NCBI GenBank assembly: GCA_043755105.1
Contig: JAYUUC010000375.1
Span: 53,611-117,610 of the forward strand
Direction of reading: 5' to 3'
DNA length: 64,000 nt
Origin: Myxococcales bacterium
GTDB taxonomy: Bacteria; Myxococcota; Myxococcia; Myxococcales; Myxococcaceae
A model generated the notes under the pieces. That model was not told the DNA's origin and ran no database searches. It saw only the letters and a list, made by a program, of their open reading frames with translations. The position numbers and the translations under genes were made by a program. Below, one piece after another: positions 9,701 to 18,578 of this stretch. How positions within the stretch are numbered: the first letter of the stretch is position 1; each line of letters opens with the position of its first letter.

Positions 9701-11903
9701 ACTTCTCCGGACCATCCGCGTAGGCGTCCAGGCGCTTCTTGTTCAGCTCGGGGTCAACCCGGGTCTGGAGGAGCTTGATGGTGTCCGAGATGTTCTTCAG
9801 GGCGTTGATGGTAAGGAAGTCGTACTTCACCCCGCCGCAGGCCTCGACCGAGGGGTAGGTGTAGGAGGTGACCCGAACGCCGCCGACCGAGGTCATGGGG
9901 ATGAAGTCGACCACGGGCACGTTGGAGATGAGGATGGCGCAGGGGTGGCGGCCCTTGCTGCGGGTCAGGCCCAGGCACTTCCGCACCTTCGCCCAGTCCT
10001 GCGGGAAGAGCTTGATGTACTCCTTGAGGGCGTTGTCGCGCTCGAGGGACCCTTCGACGAAGCCCTCGGGGGACTTGTAGCCGAAGACGAAGTCCGCGTC
10101 GGAGATGCCCTGGGGCGGCTCTTCGAACTTCTTCGCCAGCTCGTGGATCTCGGATTCAACGTAGCCGCGGGAGGCTCGAGCGATGTCTTTGACGGTCGAC
10201 CGGAGCTTGAGGGAGATATTGGTCGACATCTGGGCGAAGTGGCCCGGGAAGCGCTTGGTGAGGAAGCCCGTCTCGGGGTCGTCCAGGTAGGAGCGGTCCG
10301 GGAGGTCCTGGTCGATGTCAGGGAGAGCGCCGGACTGGATGCGGTCGGGAGTGATGAAGCGCTCGAGGGACAGGTTCCACTTCATCGGCAGGGTGTGGGT
10401 GATGCCCAGCAGGTAGGCCAGCTCGAGCCCGGCCGCGGAACCACGGCCCACGCCGGTCAGCAGCCCGAGGGACTCGTAGTAGGAGCAGACCTCTTCGTCG
10501 GGGAAGAAGTACGGCAGCAGGTCCTTCGCCCCGTTGGAGTGAAGGATGGCGATCTCGGTCTTCAACCGCGAGACCATCTCCTCGTTCTTCCAGTCCATCC
10601 GGCCGTGCTTCTGGATGAGGTTGAAGGTGTGCTTCAGGGTGTCGGTAGGGTAGAACTTCGTCGGCATCGACGGCTCGTACTTGAGCTTGAAGTTCTTGAA
10701 GCGGTCGGCCCACTGGGCGTTGTTGTCCATCCACCCTTCCACCTGGGCATCGGGCAGCTTCATGTACTCCTTGAAGTAGCTCCGAGCATCGTCCCCCGAG
10801 AATCGGTGGTAGGACGTAGCGAAGCGCCAGGAGCCGCCCGAGCCCATCAGCCGGACGTCCTGGATCTCCTTCTCGTCCGGGGTGGCGAAGTGGGCGTCGT
10901 CCGAGATGAGGATGGGAATGTTGTGCTTGGCTGCCATCTCCATCATGAAGATGTTGCCACCCAGCTGGACGTCCCCATTTGGGGCGTAGGGGGTGCAGTC
11001 GTTCTTGATGAAGCCCTCACGCTTCTCGGCCGAGATCAGCTTCAGGGGCTCGATCTCCTGGAACTTCCGGGAGACCATCTTCTGAACCAGCGAACCCAGC
11101 TGGGCGACGCGGAACTCGGGCATCTTGGCGATGTCATCCGCCTTCATCTTGCCGCCCTTGTCGGTCATGAAGGTGTTCCAGGTGGCCGCCTTGTACTCGA
11201 AGCGCTCGCCCTGGAGGTTCTCAACCTGGAAGTAGACGCCCGAGTCCCAGTTCTCGTCGCACTTGTGGGGGAAGATCTCGGTGTAGAAGTTCCCCGGCTT
11301 GCAGAGCCCCAACAGGCGCTTCAGGTAGGCCTCGGCGATGTCGTGCCGAGGGCCATCCTTGTTCATGAGGTGCCGCTGGACCATGCCAATCAGGCAGCCA
11401 GACGTCATCGTGACGTTGGCCGCGCCGATCTCCTCAAGGTCGTGCCAACCGAAGAGGGGCTTGCGCTCGGCACCATGCTTCTCAGCCCGGTCATCGGCCC
11501 GGGACAAGACCCGGGCGAGGGTCTCGTAGCCATGCTGGTCCAGGCAGTGGAAAGTGAGGTGGAAGTACTTGTTGTAGTCGGCGTAGGTCCGCTTCCCGTC
11601 CTTGGTCATCGAGAGGGGGATGTCGAACGACTGGAGGATGTCGCAGTCGTCATCGCGGAAGTAGCCCTCGAGCCCCAGAATGGGCTTGATCTTGCCCTTG
11701 ACGAGCTTCTTCTCCTCGGGCTTCAGGCCAGTCCCGGACTCGCAGAGGTCATAGACCTCGCGGCAGGCTGCCATGGTTCCGTGGTCGGTGACAGTGAGGT
11801 AGCCGGTCTCAAGCTGAGCTTCACGCAGAGCGAAAGCGGCTGGTGTCGACGCAGTGTCCAAGGATTGGACGTGAACGTGCGGGGACGCGAAATTCTTGCA
11901 CAT
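6711..11903 (-). CDS. dnaE: DNA polymerase III alpha subunit (DnaE-type) interrupted by a 388-aa intein
   Basis: N-terminal PHP motif FASPHVHVQSLDTAS. The conserved YGFNK|SHS motif is split by the intein (aa 955-1342). The OB-fold-like C-terminus is present. 1730-aa ORF with ATG at 11903. Confidence 0.9.
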   Translation of the reverse strand: MCKNFASPHVHVQSLDTASTPAAFALREAQLETGYLTVTDHGTMAACREVYDLCESGTGLKPEEKKLVKGKIKPILGLEGYFRDDDCDILQSFDIPLSMTKDGKRTYADYNKYFHLTFHCLDQHGYETLARVLSRADDRAEKHGAERKPLFGWHDLEEIGAANVTMTSGCLIGMVQRHLMNKDGPRHDIAEAYLKRLLGLCKPGNFYTEIFPHKCDENWDSGVYFQVENLQGERFEYKAATWNTFMTDKGGKMKADDIAKMPEFRVAQLGSLVQKMVSRKFQEIEPLKLISAEKREGFIKNDCTPYAPNGDVQLGGNIFMMEMAAKHNIPILISDDAHFATPDEKEIQDVRLMGSGGSWRFATSYHRFSGDDARSYFKEYMKLPDAQVEGWMDNNAQWADRFKNFKLKYEPSMPTKFYPTDTLKHTFNLIQKHGRMDWKNEEMVSRLKTEIAILHSNGAKDLLPYFFPDEEVCSYYESLGLLTGVGRGSAAGLELAYLLGITHTLPMKWNLSLERFITPDRIQSGALPDIDQDLPDRSYLDDPETGFLTKRFPGHFAQMSTNISLKLRSTVKDIARASRGYVESEIHELAKKFEEPPQGISDADFVFGYKSPEGFVEGSLERDNALKEYIKLFPQDWAKVRKCLGLTRSKGRHPCAILISNVPVVDFIPMTSVGGVRVTSYTYPSVEACGGVKYDFLTINALKNISDTIKLLQTRVDPELNKKRLDAYADGPEKYDPKKGSITIDGKRVPLIRVIPFEGKHYDIWDLPDSQPVYRSICEGKIDKGVFQFGSPGALPWLKHFDSVKKIDANGEVHKAIDSIEDLSAFTALDRPGGLNTWVTNPENGEKHNTMVEFARRARGEAPIQPREVFMKLFPETYGLLVYQEQLQYAYQELTGCTGAEAEEYRRNVAKKKKEKIEAAFPFWMEKAGAKLGEAEAKDLWQTFLAWSEYGFNKSVATDTILCMSNGESKQIKDFVAGDKINGVDENGQVVENEVVAVHDHGELLSFLVEFDDGSTVETSIDHKFLTDQGMMPLHEIWSTGTEVLCVGKDDGGEVRTSDQGLPQARASQGVSCVPGGSCGDSASAPAGAEWSPRRGHAVRCDSPNSGNSSTQEGVSNLLRDQEGEHPAEEPEAQPVARAAGYRQRNGEEDLGSTGNPVGASGSDSHLAGSSSRGDAEVPGIGSQGDKSIKGRSVVTEYGDSHLGGGANSMRPGTETSGLREGQDLGGSGRVLPLLRAEECSTGETDFGDHSGARCDAECGSPEPLGRDAAAIIGGMLSNLGWEDGGGMVGMAHSDAPLASTGSLVRRKVVRVQPVGIKRMCDLEVSHPKHNFLLPNGVVTSNSHSICYSIIGYACAFLRKHYPLEWWAATLTHAKKDDIFNIYWQEAGKFISLPDIKLSRPGFFVRNGKIQAPLNLMMGIAEAVLRELEELESFDTLEAFIRAIETRKDNLATTEIVPTVLKKVTKLQKAAGYKVGDVIDVKKVKRGRSMLGRAKCYNLILAGAMESLFPEKGEDGKPLNTIDKLMYYEKVLAEVTGEKQKPIAKAYSTVTPMVQYQIRKQILPSYAEDLRESLPPGTDLYKNEDGDLVYDHEFFDMKTERRRKIRCLCVDGDELEVIENDELVGDSRDLDMVQVAYVSEAESWEGVSKTSQKPYHAFKLRYEVNGYYYEKVIFGRDAKLDDYYLKNDFTGAIVMVILRRKSGSDETRLMSVKLLTPPLNLKAEEEEHAP
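7878..9041 (-). mobile_element. intein in DnaE (Ser1 ... Asn388, +1 Ser)
   Basis: Block A SVATDTILCMSNG follows extein ...EYGFNK. Block B is ETSIDHKFLT. Blocks F/G are MCDLEVSHPKHNFLLPNGVVTSN|SHSICYS. Removing it restores the YGFNKSHS DnaE motif. About 250 aa between the two splicing lobes is G/S/E/D/R-rich low complexity in the DnaE frame. Confidence 0.8.
7886..8767 (-). CDS. Vsr/DUF559-like (PD-(D/E)xK) endonuclease ORF nested in the dnaE intein in a different reading frame
   Basis: 293-aa ORF on the same strand as dnaE but in another frame. GTG at 8767 is preceded by GGAGG (plus-strand CCTCC at 8774-8778) with a 6-nt spacer. ...WLRSTGILTWEEGQIRCGLERKQVDFVKDKIWVEVDGFFHFF...ARDAMLNAEALSRSDVMLLRL matches the DUF559/Vsr pattern (vDf..., vEvDG..H, D..R...L...G..vlR). 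N-terminal Cys pairs (CLVC, CPTC) suggest a zinc-based DNA-binding part. Confidence 0.55.
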   Translation of the reverse strand: MSAKTMVVKCGRVIKAYLRPEHRKECLVCQEEAAEIQRQRLLALNGALGVVMPCGATPPTRGIPAHKKECPTCSAIKKENIRQKNLKHNQSPEQRAIASVTAKKTSARREIQLERVARIHTWQVAHPEEMLKFQALARKATKASKAEAWLRSTGILTWEEGQIRCGLERKQVDFVKDKIWVEVDGFFHFFELKNARRARRTLATIQARDAMLNAEALSRSDVMLLRLSGECFRTSDGKMEEEWLAWLTAMLRSPQPGVWCVGKLYESSPWASNGCVILRSPTPSTTSSSPTGL

Positions 11904-11954
11904 GAAATCTGCCTGTTTTTTGGGGGCCTTGGCTCGATGCCGAGGGTCACAGAC

Positions 11955-11984
11955 AGACTAATGGGAGAGTGGAGCCGCAGTCAA
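11955..11984 (-). promoter_or_regulatory. promoter candidate TTGACT-N18-TAGTCT upstream of dnaE
   Basis: On the minus strand, TTGACT is plus 11984-11979 and TAGTCT is plus 11960-11955, with an 18-nt spacer. It lies about 50 nt upstream of the dnaE ATG and belongs to the recurring motif family. Confidence 0.4.
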
Positions 11985-11985
11985 G

Positions 11986-12213
11986 CTAACTTTTGACTTT
12001 CATCGAATTTCTGAGCTTGACCACGGCAGACTGGTACAGCTGCTCGACTTGCTCCTCCGAAAGGCCAAGAGCCTCGGCAATGACGCGGTCCTCCACGCCC
12101 TCCGGATGCTTCTTGAGCAACTCGGCCAACGAGTAGTCGAACCGCTTGATGAGGATGTAGTCGGGGTCCGTCTCAGTCTTCGGCTGAGGCGGCAAGGGAG
12201 AGGGGAAAGGCAT
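11986..12213 (-). CDS. small sigma-70 region-4.2-like HTH protein
   Basis: I prefer the internal ATG at 12213 of track ORF 11986..12366, because the upstream part is the alternate frame of the neighbouring gene. The 75-aa product MPFPSPL...LLKKHPEGVEDRVIAEALGLSEEQVEQLYQSAVVKLRNSMKVKS has the sigma region 4.2 pattern (IAe.lG.s...V......A..kLr). Confidence 0.55.
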   Translation of the reverse strand: MPFPSPLPPQPKTETDPDYILIKRFDYSLAELLKKHPEGVEDRVIAEALGLSEEQVEQLYQSAVVKLRNSMKVKS

Positions 12214-12646
12214 CTGGCTTCCGAAAGCGATGGGCTGCCTGGATGACAGACCCTTTGCTCTGGTATTCCAGAATCCGTTTGTTCTTGGCCTGGATGGCCT
12301 CTTCGACCGCGTCGAGCTTGACCTTGGCGTCTGAGTAGGTCTTCTCGATCTCGGCCAGCTCGCCATGAAGCTCGGTCAGCTCATCTAGCTCGAAGAGCTT
12401 GTTGTCGAGCGAGATCAGCCAGTCGCCTTCACCCTCCATGTTGTAGAGGGTGACCACTGGAGCTTGACGCAGCGCGTTCAAGTTGGCGTCGATGCCGCGA
12501 ATTTGGCTCTCGACCACCAGGATCTTCTGGTTGACCTCAGCTCGAGGCTGTTCCGTCTTGGCCATGACAGCGGTGTGCTGCTGGGCTTGTTTCTCCAGGA
12601 CAGAAATTTCGTCCCGGAGCTTCTCGATGGACGGAGGGTCGTACAT
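12173..12646 (-). CDS. hypothetical coiled-coil protein
   Basis: ATG at 12646 lies 5 nt after the upstream stop. The 157-aa product MYDPPSIEKLRDEISVLEKQ... is heptad-rich. The N-terminal 96 aa of track ORF 12173..12934 is the alternate frame of the phosphoesterase gene. Confidence 0.6.
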   Translation of the reverse strand: MYDPPSIEKLRDEISVLEKQAQQHTAVMAKTEQPRAEVNQKILVVESQIRGIDANLNALRQAPVVTLYNMEGEGDWLISLDNKLFELDELTELHGELAEIEKTYSDAKVKLDAVEEAIQAKNKRILEYQSKGSVIQAAHRFRKPDAFPLSLAASAED

Positions 12647-12650
12647 GGCC

Positions 12651-13754
12651 CTATTCCTTCCAGGGGAGAATGATCTTGTCAAGCGACTTGTCGTCGTCGG
12701 TGTTCTGACCCACCACCACCAGGCGAGAATCGCCAACCACGTGCTCAGGGGTCGATTCCCACATCCACTGGCCACAAGTACTGGCAGGAATGCCCAGAGA
12801 CTCAGCATATCCATTGGGAGGCACCAGAGCCCCGTTGGTGAACACCACGCAGCCGTTGGGAAGGTGCATCTGGGCTGGAAAGTGGACGTGACCCACAGTG
12901 AAAAGTTTGATGGCCTTGTGCCCCGGTCGGGCATTCCATGCGTTGGTCGATTGTGTTAGCTTTGCGACAGGAATGTTGTTACCCACATTCCCAGGTGAAA
13001 GGATGGTATCGCCATGCGTGGTCATGCACTCGTGCCCGAAGGTCTGGTAGGTCGAGTAGGCGTTGGGACGAATGGAGAAGCTGACGTTCTTCAGGTGGGC
13101 TCGGCAGTGGATTTGCAGGCACTGGTACAGCGCGTCCTCAATGGAGTCCGACTTCCCGCTAGTCGCGTGGCCCGGGTGGCGCTCCTTGCGCCGACCGTGG
13201 TTGCCTCGCTGGCACTCCACCACGATGTTCGAGAACTGCTTGGAGAGGAACGCGAGTGCCTGGGTGATGTGATGAAAAGCGCGGGCTACCTGCTTGTCCA
13301 GATCTGCGCCCGAACGGGGGTCGTGAAGGTGACCCTCAATGATGTCGCCGATCAGGTTGATCCGCAGGTCCGTGTCCTTGCGATACTGGGCCTTGTAGGT
13401 GGCAGCCTGCTCGCAGAGACGGGCGATTCGACGAGCCTCTTCGACCGCCCCGTACTGGTAGCTTTCGTAGGGGCGACGCATGTCCGAACCGACATGCCAG
13501 TCCGACCAGAGCAGCGTAAGCAGCCGTTTGGCGCTGGTCTTTGGCTTCAAGACCTTGTGGTTGCTGTCCGCCTTCGGCAGCTTCACCACCTCTTTGATTC
13601 GCTCGGTCAAGGAGTCCAGGAACTGGAAGTCTCGAGCAGCTTGGAGCACCACCCTGCGATCCAGTGAGCGGTCCTTCAACATCGCGTGCTGCTCGGCCTT
13701 CTTCGCGATGAACTCCGAGTACTTCGCCGCTTCCTGATTCATGTCAAAGGCCAT
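12651..13754 (-). CDS. calcineurin-like metallophosphoesterase
   Basis: Motifs LWSDWHVG, GDIIEGH, RGNHG, TTHGD and VGHVH, in the canonical order for this family. Confidence 0.75.
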   Translation of the reverse strand: MAFDMNQEAAKYSEFIAKKAEQHAMLKDRSLDRRVVLQAARDFQFLDSLTERIKEVVKLPKADSNHKVLKPKTSAKRLLTLLWSDWHVGSDMRRPYESYQYGAVEEARRIARLCEQAATYKAQYRKDTDLRINLIGDIIEGHLHDPRSGADLDKQVARAFHHITQALAFLSKQFSNIVVECQRGNHGRRKERHPGHATSGKSDSIEDALYQCLQIHCRAHLKNVSFSIRPNAYSTYQTFGHECMTTHGDTILSPGNVGNNIPVAKLTQSTNAWNARPGHKAIKLFTVGHVHFPAQMHLPNGCVVFTNGALVPPNGYAESLGIPASTCGQWMWESTPEHVVGDSRLVVVGQNTDDDKSLDKIILPWKE

Positions 13755-13780
13755 GGACGCTCCGGTAGAACCAAAAGATT

Positions 13781-13836
13781 AAACGCCTGGAAAGTTTTCT
13801 GCAAGAGCAGATTGACTTTCCAGGCGTTTATTTTCA
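13781..13836. terminator. 15-bp perfect inverted repeat, likely bidirectional intrinsic terminator
   Basis: AAACGCCTGGAAAGT (13781-13795) pairs with ACTTTCCAGGCGTTT (13815-13829). T-rich sequence follows on both strands. It lies between two minus-strand genes. Confidence 0.5.
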
Positions 13837-13854
13837 GCAACGATGTCGATTGAG

Positions 13855-14547
13855 CTAGGCCGCGTCGGGCGCGGGCGACTCCGTCGGCGGGGTTGCCAGG
13901 GCCTTCTCATCCTCGGCGGCCTTCGCCTTGGCGGCCTCTGCGGCCTTCAGGGCCTGGACCTGGGCGTACTCGGCCTGCTTCACCGGATCGGCCTCGACCG
14001 GCTTGAGGATGCGCAGGACGCGGAGCTTCGTGCCCACCTTGCGCTTCAGCTCCGGGTTGGCGTCGAGCGAGGCCGCGTCCATCGAGGCGGCCATCTTCAG
14101 CACGTCGTCGGACTCGGTGTCGATCTCGGTGCCGACCTTGGCGCCCAGCAGGCGGCTCTGGAGGAACGGGAACAGGTCCTTCCAGGCGGGCAGCATCACG
14201 TAGCCCGGCGGCTGGACCTCCCCATGCGTGACCAGCGTGTAGACGACCGCCGAGGTCGGGTTGATGATGGCGTCGTCGACCATGCCCGGCTGGCCCTGCG
14301 CGGCGGCCGACGTGACGTGGTTGACGGTGGCCTCGAGCACCTTGGCCTTCTGGGCCTCCTGCTGGGCGATACGCCGGTTGATCTCGGCCTGCACCTCTTC
14401 CTCGCCCACGACCGATGCGATGGCGTTGAGGATGAGGTCCTGCTCGCCGAGGCGGCTGGAGAGCTTCGCGATGGTCTTCTGGTCAGCCTCCATTTGCGCT
14501 TCGAGGTCCTTGATGCGGTCCAGACCACTGCCAGTCTTCGGGGCCAT
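13855..14547 (-). CDS. hypothetical protein
   Basis: 230-aa ORF. ATG is preceded by AAGGAGGA. Confidence 0.65.
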   Translation of the reverse strand: MAPKTGSGLDRIKDLEAQMEADQKTIAKLSSRLGEQDLILNAIASVVGEEEVQAEINRRIAQQEAQKAKVLEATVNHVTSAAAQGQPGMVDDAIINPTSAVVYTLVTHGEVQPPGYVMLPAWKDLFPFLQSRLLGAKVGTEIDTESDDVLKMAASMDAASLDANPELKRKVGTKLRVLRILKPVEADPVKQAEYAQVQALKAAEAAKAKAAEDEKALATPPTESPAPDAA

Positions 14548-14557
14548 GCGTTCCTCC

Positions 14558-15664
14558 TTAAACTTCGTTGTCGTTGGGGTCCTGCGTCACGGCACCGATC
14601 TGGGGGAGAGCGGTGCCAAACATCTTCGAGTTCGGCGAAAGGGCCATCGTCTGACTCAACTGCGCCGCATTCATGGCGTTCCAGGCCTCGGGCGAAGGAA
14701 TCGGCATGGGCTTCATGCCGACCGGCTTCACTTCCGGGGTGATGTCTCGCTGAATGCGCTCACCGTTGGCAATCACGTCCTTGTATACCTTGTTCGGGTT
14801 CTCTGCGGTCCGATAAGGCGTCTCGAGGGGTGGTTCTTCGTTGCGCTCGTAGATCTCGAGGTTGTCGATCGCGCTCCGAGTGCGATTGGGCTGCGGCCTA
14901 CCTCGAGACGGAGCAGCTCGACGGGCTGGAGCAGGGAGTGCTCGCGGAGGTGGGGCCGATGCCTGACGTCCCACCCGAGGCGTGGGTGCCGCGGGGGCCG
15001 GAATGGACCTGCGGACCGTCGGCTGAGGCTTGGGCTGGACTCGGGGAGGGGCCTTCGGCGCAGCCCTCTGGACGACCGGCGGGGCCTCTTCCTCCTGCTC
15101 GTTCTGCTGGGCCTGGGGCATCAGCTTGTTGAGCAGCAAGGACAGTGCCTTGAAGCGCATGGGGTCGAGCAGCCAGGCCAGCATCTTCTCTTCATCCGGG
15201 CTGAAGTTGGAGACCGGGGCCTGCTGGAGGACCTTCTCCTGGCGCATCCCGAGAAAGATCTCCAAGCGCTCCTTGGCAAAAGAGCGAATCTCGTGCTCGA
15301 CCGCCTGGGCCTCGTACGAGTCATCGTCGCCAAACAGGGGGTCACCCAGCAAGGCGTTGTAGTACGACGCCATCGCCATGCGTGTCTGCGCGTCGTTGAT
15401 GGTGTTCTGCTCTTCGGCAAACTCCTCCACCACCTCCTCAACCGCGGGAGGCGGCCGGACCCGAGGGGCCTGGCGCTGGGGCTGCTGAGGCGGCGCCCGC
15501 TCGATTCGGCGCTGCTGTTGCTGAGGAGGCTGGCGTGGGGCTCGCTGCTGCGGCCGAGACCCCACGCCGTTGTCCAGACCGTCCAGCGGGGACGGATGGT
15601 GATCCGAACCGCCGAACTGGTCATCGTTGAAGAGCTGCATGGTCGGAATGTTGTCGTCTTCCAT
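14558..15664 (-). CDS. hypothetical protein with P/Q/R-rich low-complexity regions
   Basis: 368-aa ORF with ATG start, tightly packed after the RNR gene. Confidence 0.6.
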   Translation of the reverse strand: MEDDNIPTMQLFNDDQFGGSDHHPSPLDGLDNGVGSRPQQRAPRQPPQQQQRRIERAPPQQPQRQAPRVRPPPAVEEVVEEFAEEQNTINDAQTRMAMASYYNALLGDPLFGDDDSYEAQAVEHEIRSFAKERLEIFLGMRQEKVLQQAPVSNFSPDEEKMLAWLLDPMRFKALSLLLNKLMPQAQQNEQEEEAPPVVQRAAPKAPPRVQPKPQPTVRRSIPAPAAPTPRVGRQASAPPPRALPAPARRAAPSRGRPQPNRTRSAIDNLEIYERNEEPPLETPYRTAENPNKVYKDVIANGERIQRDITPEVKPVGMKPMPIPSPEAWNAMNAAQLSQTMALSPNSKMFGTALPQIGAVTQDPNDNEV

Positions 15665-15679
15665 GCACCCCTATACCAC

Positions 15680-17725
15680 CTAGCGCGATTCGCAGCTCGA
15701 GCCGGAGCAGGCCAGCGTCTGGGCCCCCACCGTGTTGTCGTCCAGCTCGAACTTCGACAGCTGGGAGTAGTCGATCTTCGGCATGGCCTCCTCGAGCAGC
15801 TCGTAGTCCTGGCGGCTGATCTCCTCGTAGGGAGCCTGCTGGTAGCCACCCCCGTCGTACGGCAAGAAGGAGACGGCCACCAGCTCGTCGAAGTGGGCGT
15901 ACACCCAGTTGCCCACCTGCATCCACTCGTTGTCCCGCACATAGACGGTGATGGACTGATTGTGCTCGGCCCAGTTCTTGGTGAGCTTGAGATACCACTC
16001 GAGCTGCTCGATGGCCGACACGTCGTGGCGCGTCAGGCAATTCTCGGGGGCCTTCTCCGGGAACGCACACACCCACGTGAGAACCTTCTCCGGCGACCAG
16101 TAGGGAACCTGGGTGTCGATCTGCTCGTCGGACAGCCCCTTCTCGCGCAGGGCCTTCCGCTTGAGGTTGACGTCCTGGCGCCCCTGGCCGTTCTCGGGGG
16201 TGAACTTGATGCCCTGGGCCGCCATCATGTGGAAGAGCGGGTCGGTGGCAGCGATGCGGTAGCGCCGGATGTAGTACTTGGCGAAGCGCGGGTGTGCGCC
16301 CGAAGAGCAGTTGTTCAGCTGCGAGACCGTGCCGGAAGGCTTGCCGGTGGTGATGGCCGTCGACATATTGATGCCGAGGGCGTCGCAGGCCTTCTTGCAC
16401 TCCTTCAGGGCGATCTTCTTCAGGTGCTTGAGGTTGGCCGCCGTCATCAGCTCCGGGTTGTCCATTTGGCCGGTGATCGAGACCCCCAGCAGCCGCTCCT
16501 GGTCGCAGATGAACTTGAAGTCCGACCGAACGTACTTGAAGTCCGTGAGGCACGCTTGCATCGCCCCCAGCCAGACCGCGGACTTCACCTTCTCCGTCAG
16601 GGTCTCCAGGTCATCCTCGGCGCGCACCACGATCTCCGACAGGTTGCAGAGCTGGCCGAAGAGGATGTTGAGGAGGATCTCACCGCACGGGTTCGTGCGC
16701 AGGAACTGGTCGAAGTCCTGGTCGCCGATCAGCTCGAGGAGCCACTGCGGCAGCGGCCCCACGTACTTCTCGTACTCGGCCCGGGTGAAGCGGCGGCTCG
16801 AGGCCTTGGCGGCAGCCTGCTGGTTGTACATCCCGCGCTCACCCGAGCCGGATTTGGCCAAATTGAGCCACTCCTCCATGAACTGGATCATGGTGGGCTT
16901 CGACTTGTAGGCCACCGTGTTGTTCGACATGTAGCGGTGGTCGGGGATCGGGAAGTCCTTCGCGTGACGCATCGCGTTGGAGTCCAGGTCCGAGAAGGTG
17001 ATCTCGCTCGAACGGCGCACCCCGCCCACCACCACGGCCACGCCGATGTGGTTGCCAATGTCGGAGCACTCGAGGTCGGTCAGCTGGCGACCCTGAGCAC
17101 CCTTCACGATGTGGCGAATCTCGCGGTGGAGGGCCATCAGCGGCTCCGGCCCCGAGGCACGGCCACCCATAGTCATCAGCCGCGCACCAGCCGGGCGGAT
17201 GAGGTGGTACTCCATGTCGAGGTCGCGCCCATCGAAGAGGGCCTCCATCAAGAGGCGAATGCTGTCAGCCCAGCCCTCCTTGTCGTCCGGGACCACGAAG
17301 GTCGACGGGACATAGTCCTTCTCCTGGACCTTGACCGGGGGCAGCTTGGAGATGAAGGCCTTCTCCACGGTGAAGCCGACGCCCGTACCGCACATGAGCA
17401 GGTAGAAGATCTCGGAGAAGGACTGGAGGTCCTTGACGGCCAGCGCAGAGCAGTTGTAACCGCAGAGGGAGTTGCGCTCGAGGGCGGGACCGGCAGCCCA
17501 GAAGGCGCGCATCGACGGCATCACGCCCATCGACAGGAAGGCCTCGTAGGTCTTCTTCCAGACCTTGTCGGGCACGCGGTTCGAGAACTTGCCCTTCATG
17601 AACTTGAAGTAGCGGTCCACGGCCTCGCCCCAGGTCTCTCGTCGACCGAGGTCGTCGCGCCACCGGGAGTAGGTGCGCTGGAAGATGAACTCCTGGGCTG
17701 CGGACATCACTGGCTGATTCGTCAT
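15680..17725 (-). CDS. nrdJ: ribonucleotide reductase, class II (adenosylcobalamin-dependent type)
   Basis: Motifs IRPAGARLMTMGGRASGPEPL, NPCGEILL, QLCNLSEI and TGKPSGTVSQL, plus a C-terminal Cys pair CSGSSC. ATG at 17725 with AGGAG 9 nt upstream is preferred to the track start at 17794. Confidence 0.85.
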   Translation of the reverse strand: MTNQPVMSAAQEFIFQRTYSRWRDDLGRRETWGEAVDRYFKFMKGKFSNRVPDKVWKKTYEAFLSMGVMPSMRAFWAAGPALERNSLCGYNCSALAVKDLQSFSEIFYLLMCGTGVGFTVEKAFISKLPPVKVQEKDYVPSTFVVPDDKEGWADSIRLLMEALFDGRDLDMEYHLIRPAGARLMTMGGRASGPEPLMALHREIRHIVKGAQGRQLTDLECSDIGNHIGVAVVVGGVRRSSEITFSDLDSNAMRHAKDFPIPDHRYMSNNTVAYKSKPTMIQFMEEWLNLAKSGSGERGMYNQQAAAKASSRRFTRAEYEKYVGPLPQWLLELIGDQDFDQFLRTNPCGEILLNILFGQLCNLSEIVVRAEDDLETLTEKVKSAVWLGAMQACLTDFKYVRSDFKFICDQERLLGVSITGQMDNPELMTAANLKHLKKIALKECKKACDALGINMSTAITTGKPSGTVSQLNNCSSGAHPRFAKYYIRRYRIAATDPLFHMMAAQGIKFTPENGQGRQDVNLKRKALREKGLSDEQIDTQVPYWSPEKVLTWVCAFPEKAPENCLTRHDVSAIEQLEWYLKLTKNWAEHNQSITVYVRDNEWMQVGNWVYAHFDELVAVSFLPYDGGGYQQAPYEEISRQDYELLEEAMPKIDYSQLSKFELDDNTVGAQTLACSGSSCESR

Positions 17726-17732
17726 GACGGGT

Positions 17733-18512
17733 TTACTCCTGACCACGGAAAATTTCGACGTTGCGAAGATACGCCATTCCAATGCAAATGGCATCGCAAA
17801 TATCGTTGTCCTTCAGAATGAAGTCCTTCTCATAGACCGTGTTCACGAAGCGCACGGCAATGTGTTTCGGGGTGATCTTGCCCTTGGGCTTGTCGGCCAC
17901 CTTCACGCCCGTCTCGGCCTCCTTGTTCAGGGCCTTCTTCCGGGCGGCGTTCTGCTTCCGGTCTTCCTTGGTCTGCTTCAGCCCCAGGTTGCTGCGCCAG
18001 TCGCCTGAGTTCACGAAGAAGACCTGGTCCTTGTAGCCCTCCTTCTCGAGGGCCATCAGCGTGTAGAGGTGAATCCACTCCAGGAACTTCTGGGAGAGCC
18101 GGTTCCGGCCAGGGTTGGTCTCTTCGATGGCGATGGCGTGGGGCTTGTGCTCCAGCACGTAGGACACCAACATCTTCGACATCGCCAGGGCCGCCTGAGA
18201 CCGGTCCCAGGGATGACCAAGGTCCTCGTAGCCCTTCACCTTGGTCTCCGGGACCTTCACCTTGACCTTGCCCCGCTTGGTCTTGGTCTCGACCGGCTTC
18301 TTCGACGGGTCGGCCAGCACCAAGGCCTGGTAGTGCTCGAGCTTGAGGTCGCTTGGGTCCAACTTGGTGCCGGTGGCACGCGAGTGCAGCAGCTTCGAGG
18401 CGTCGCAGGAGAGGGTGGCCACACCTGACTTGCCTGAGATGTCCAGGGCCACAATCAGGTGCCGACCGTTCGTCTCTTGAATGATGTTGTTGTTCATGTT
18501 GTCCAGACGCAT
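17733..18512 (-). CDS. RuvC-like Holliday-junction resolvase (RNase H fold)
   Basis: Acidic catalytic motifs in RuvC order: LIVALDISGKSG, AIAIEETNPG and DNDICDAICIGMAY. Confidence 0.65.
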   Translation of the reverse strand: MRLDNMNNNIIQETNGRHLIVALDISGKSGVATLSCDASKLLHSRATGTKLDPSDLKLEHYQALVLADPSKKPVETKTKRGKVKVKVPETKVKGYEDLGHPWDRSQAALAMSKMLVSYVLEHKPHAIAIEETNPGRNRLSQKFLEWIHLYTLMALEKEGYKDQVFFVNSGDWRSNLGLKQTKEDRKQNAARKKALNKEAETGVKVADKPKGKITPKHIAVRFVNTVYEKDFILKDNDICDAICIGMAYLRNVEIFRGQE

Positions 18513-18578
18513 ACGGCCCCCAAGGGCAACTTCGCCCCGGGAGCCGTATTTAGCGTTCTCGTGAGATTGCGGGACCGC

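Noticed and set aside
8724-11996. 1090-aa + strand ORF
   Set aside because: It is the antisense shadow of dnaE in GC-rich DNA. The translation is R/G/L/V/D-rich low complexity with no motifs, whereas the minus strand encodes a clear DnaE.
14261-17821. 1186-aa + strand ORF
   Set aside because: It is antisense to the class II RNR gene and its neighbours. Its composition is typical of a GC-rich shadow frame.
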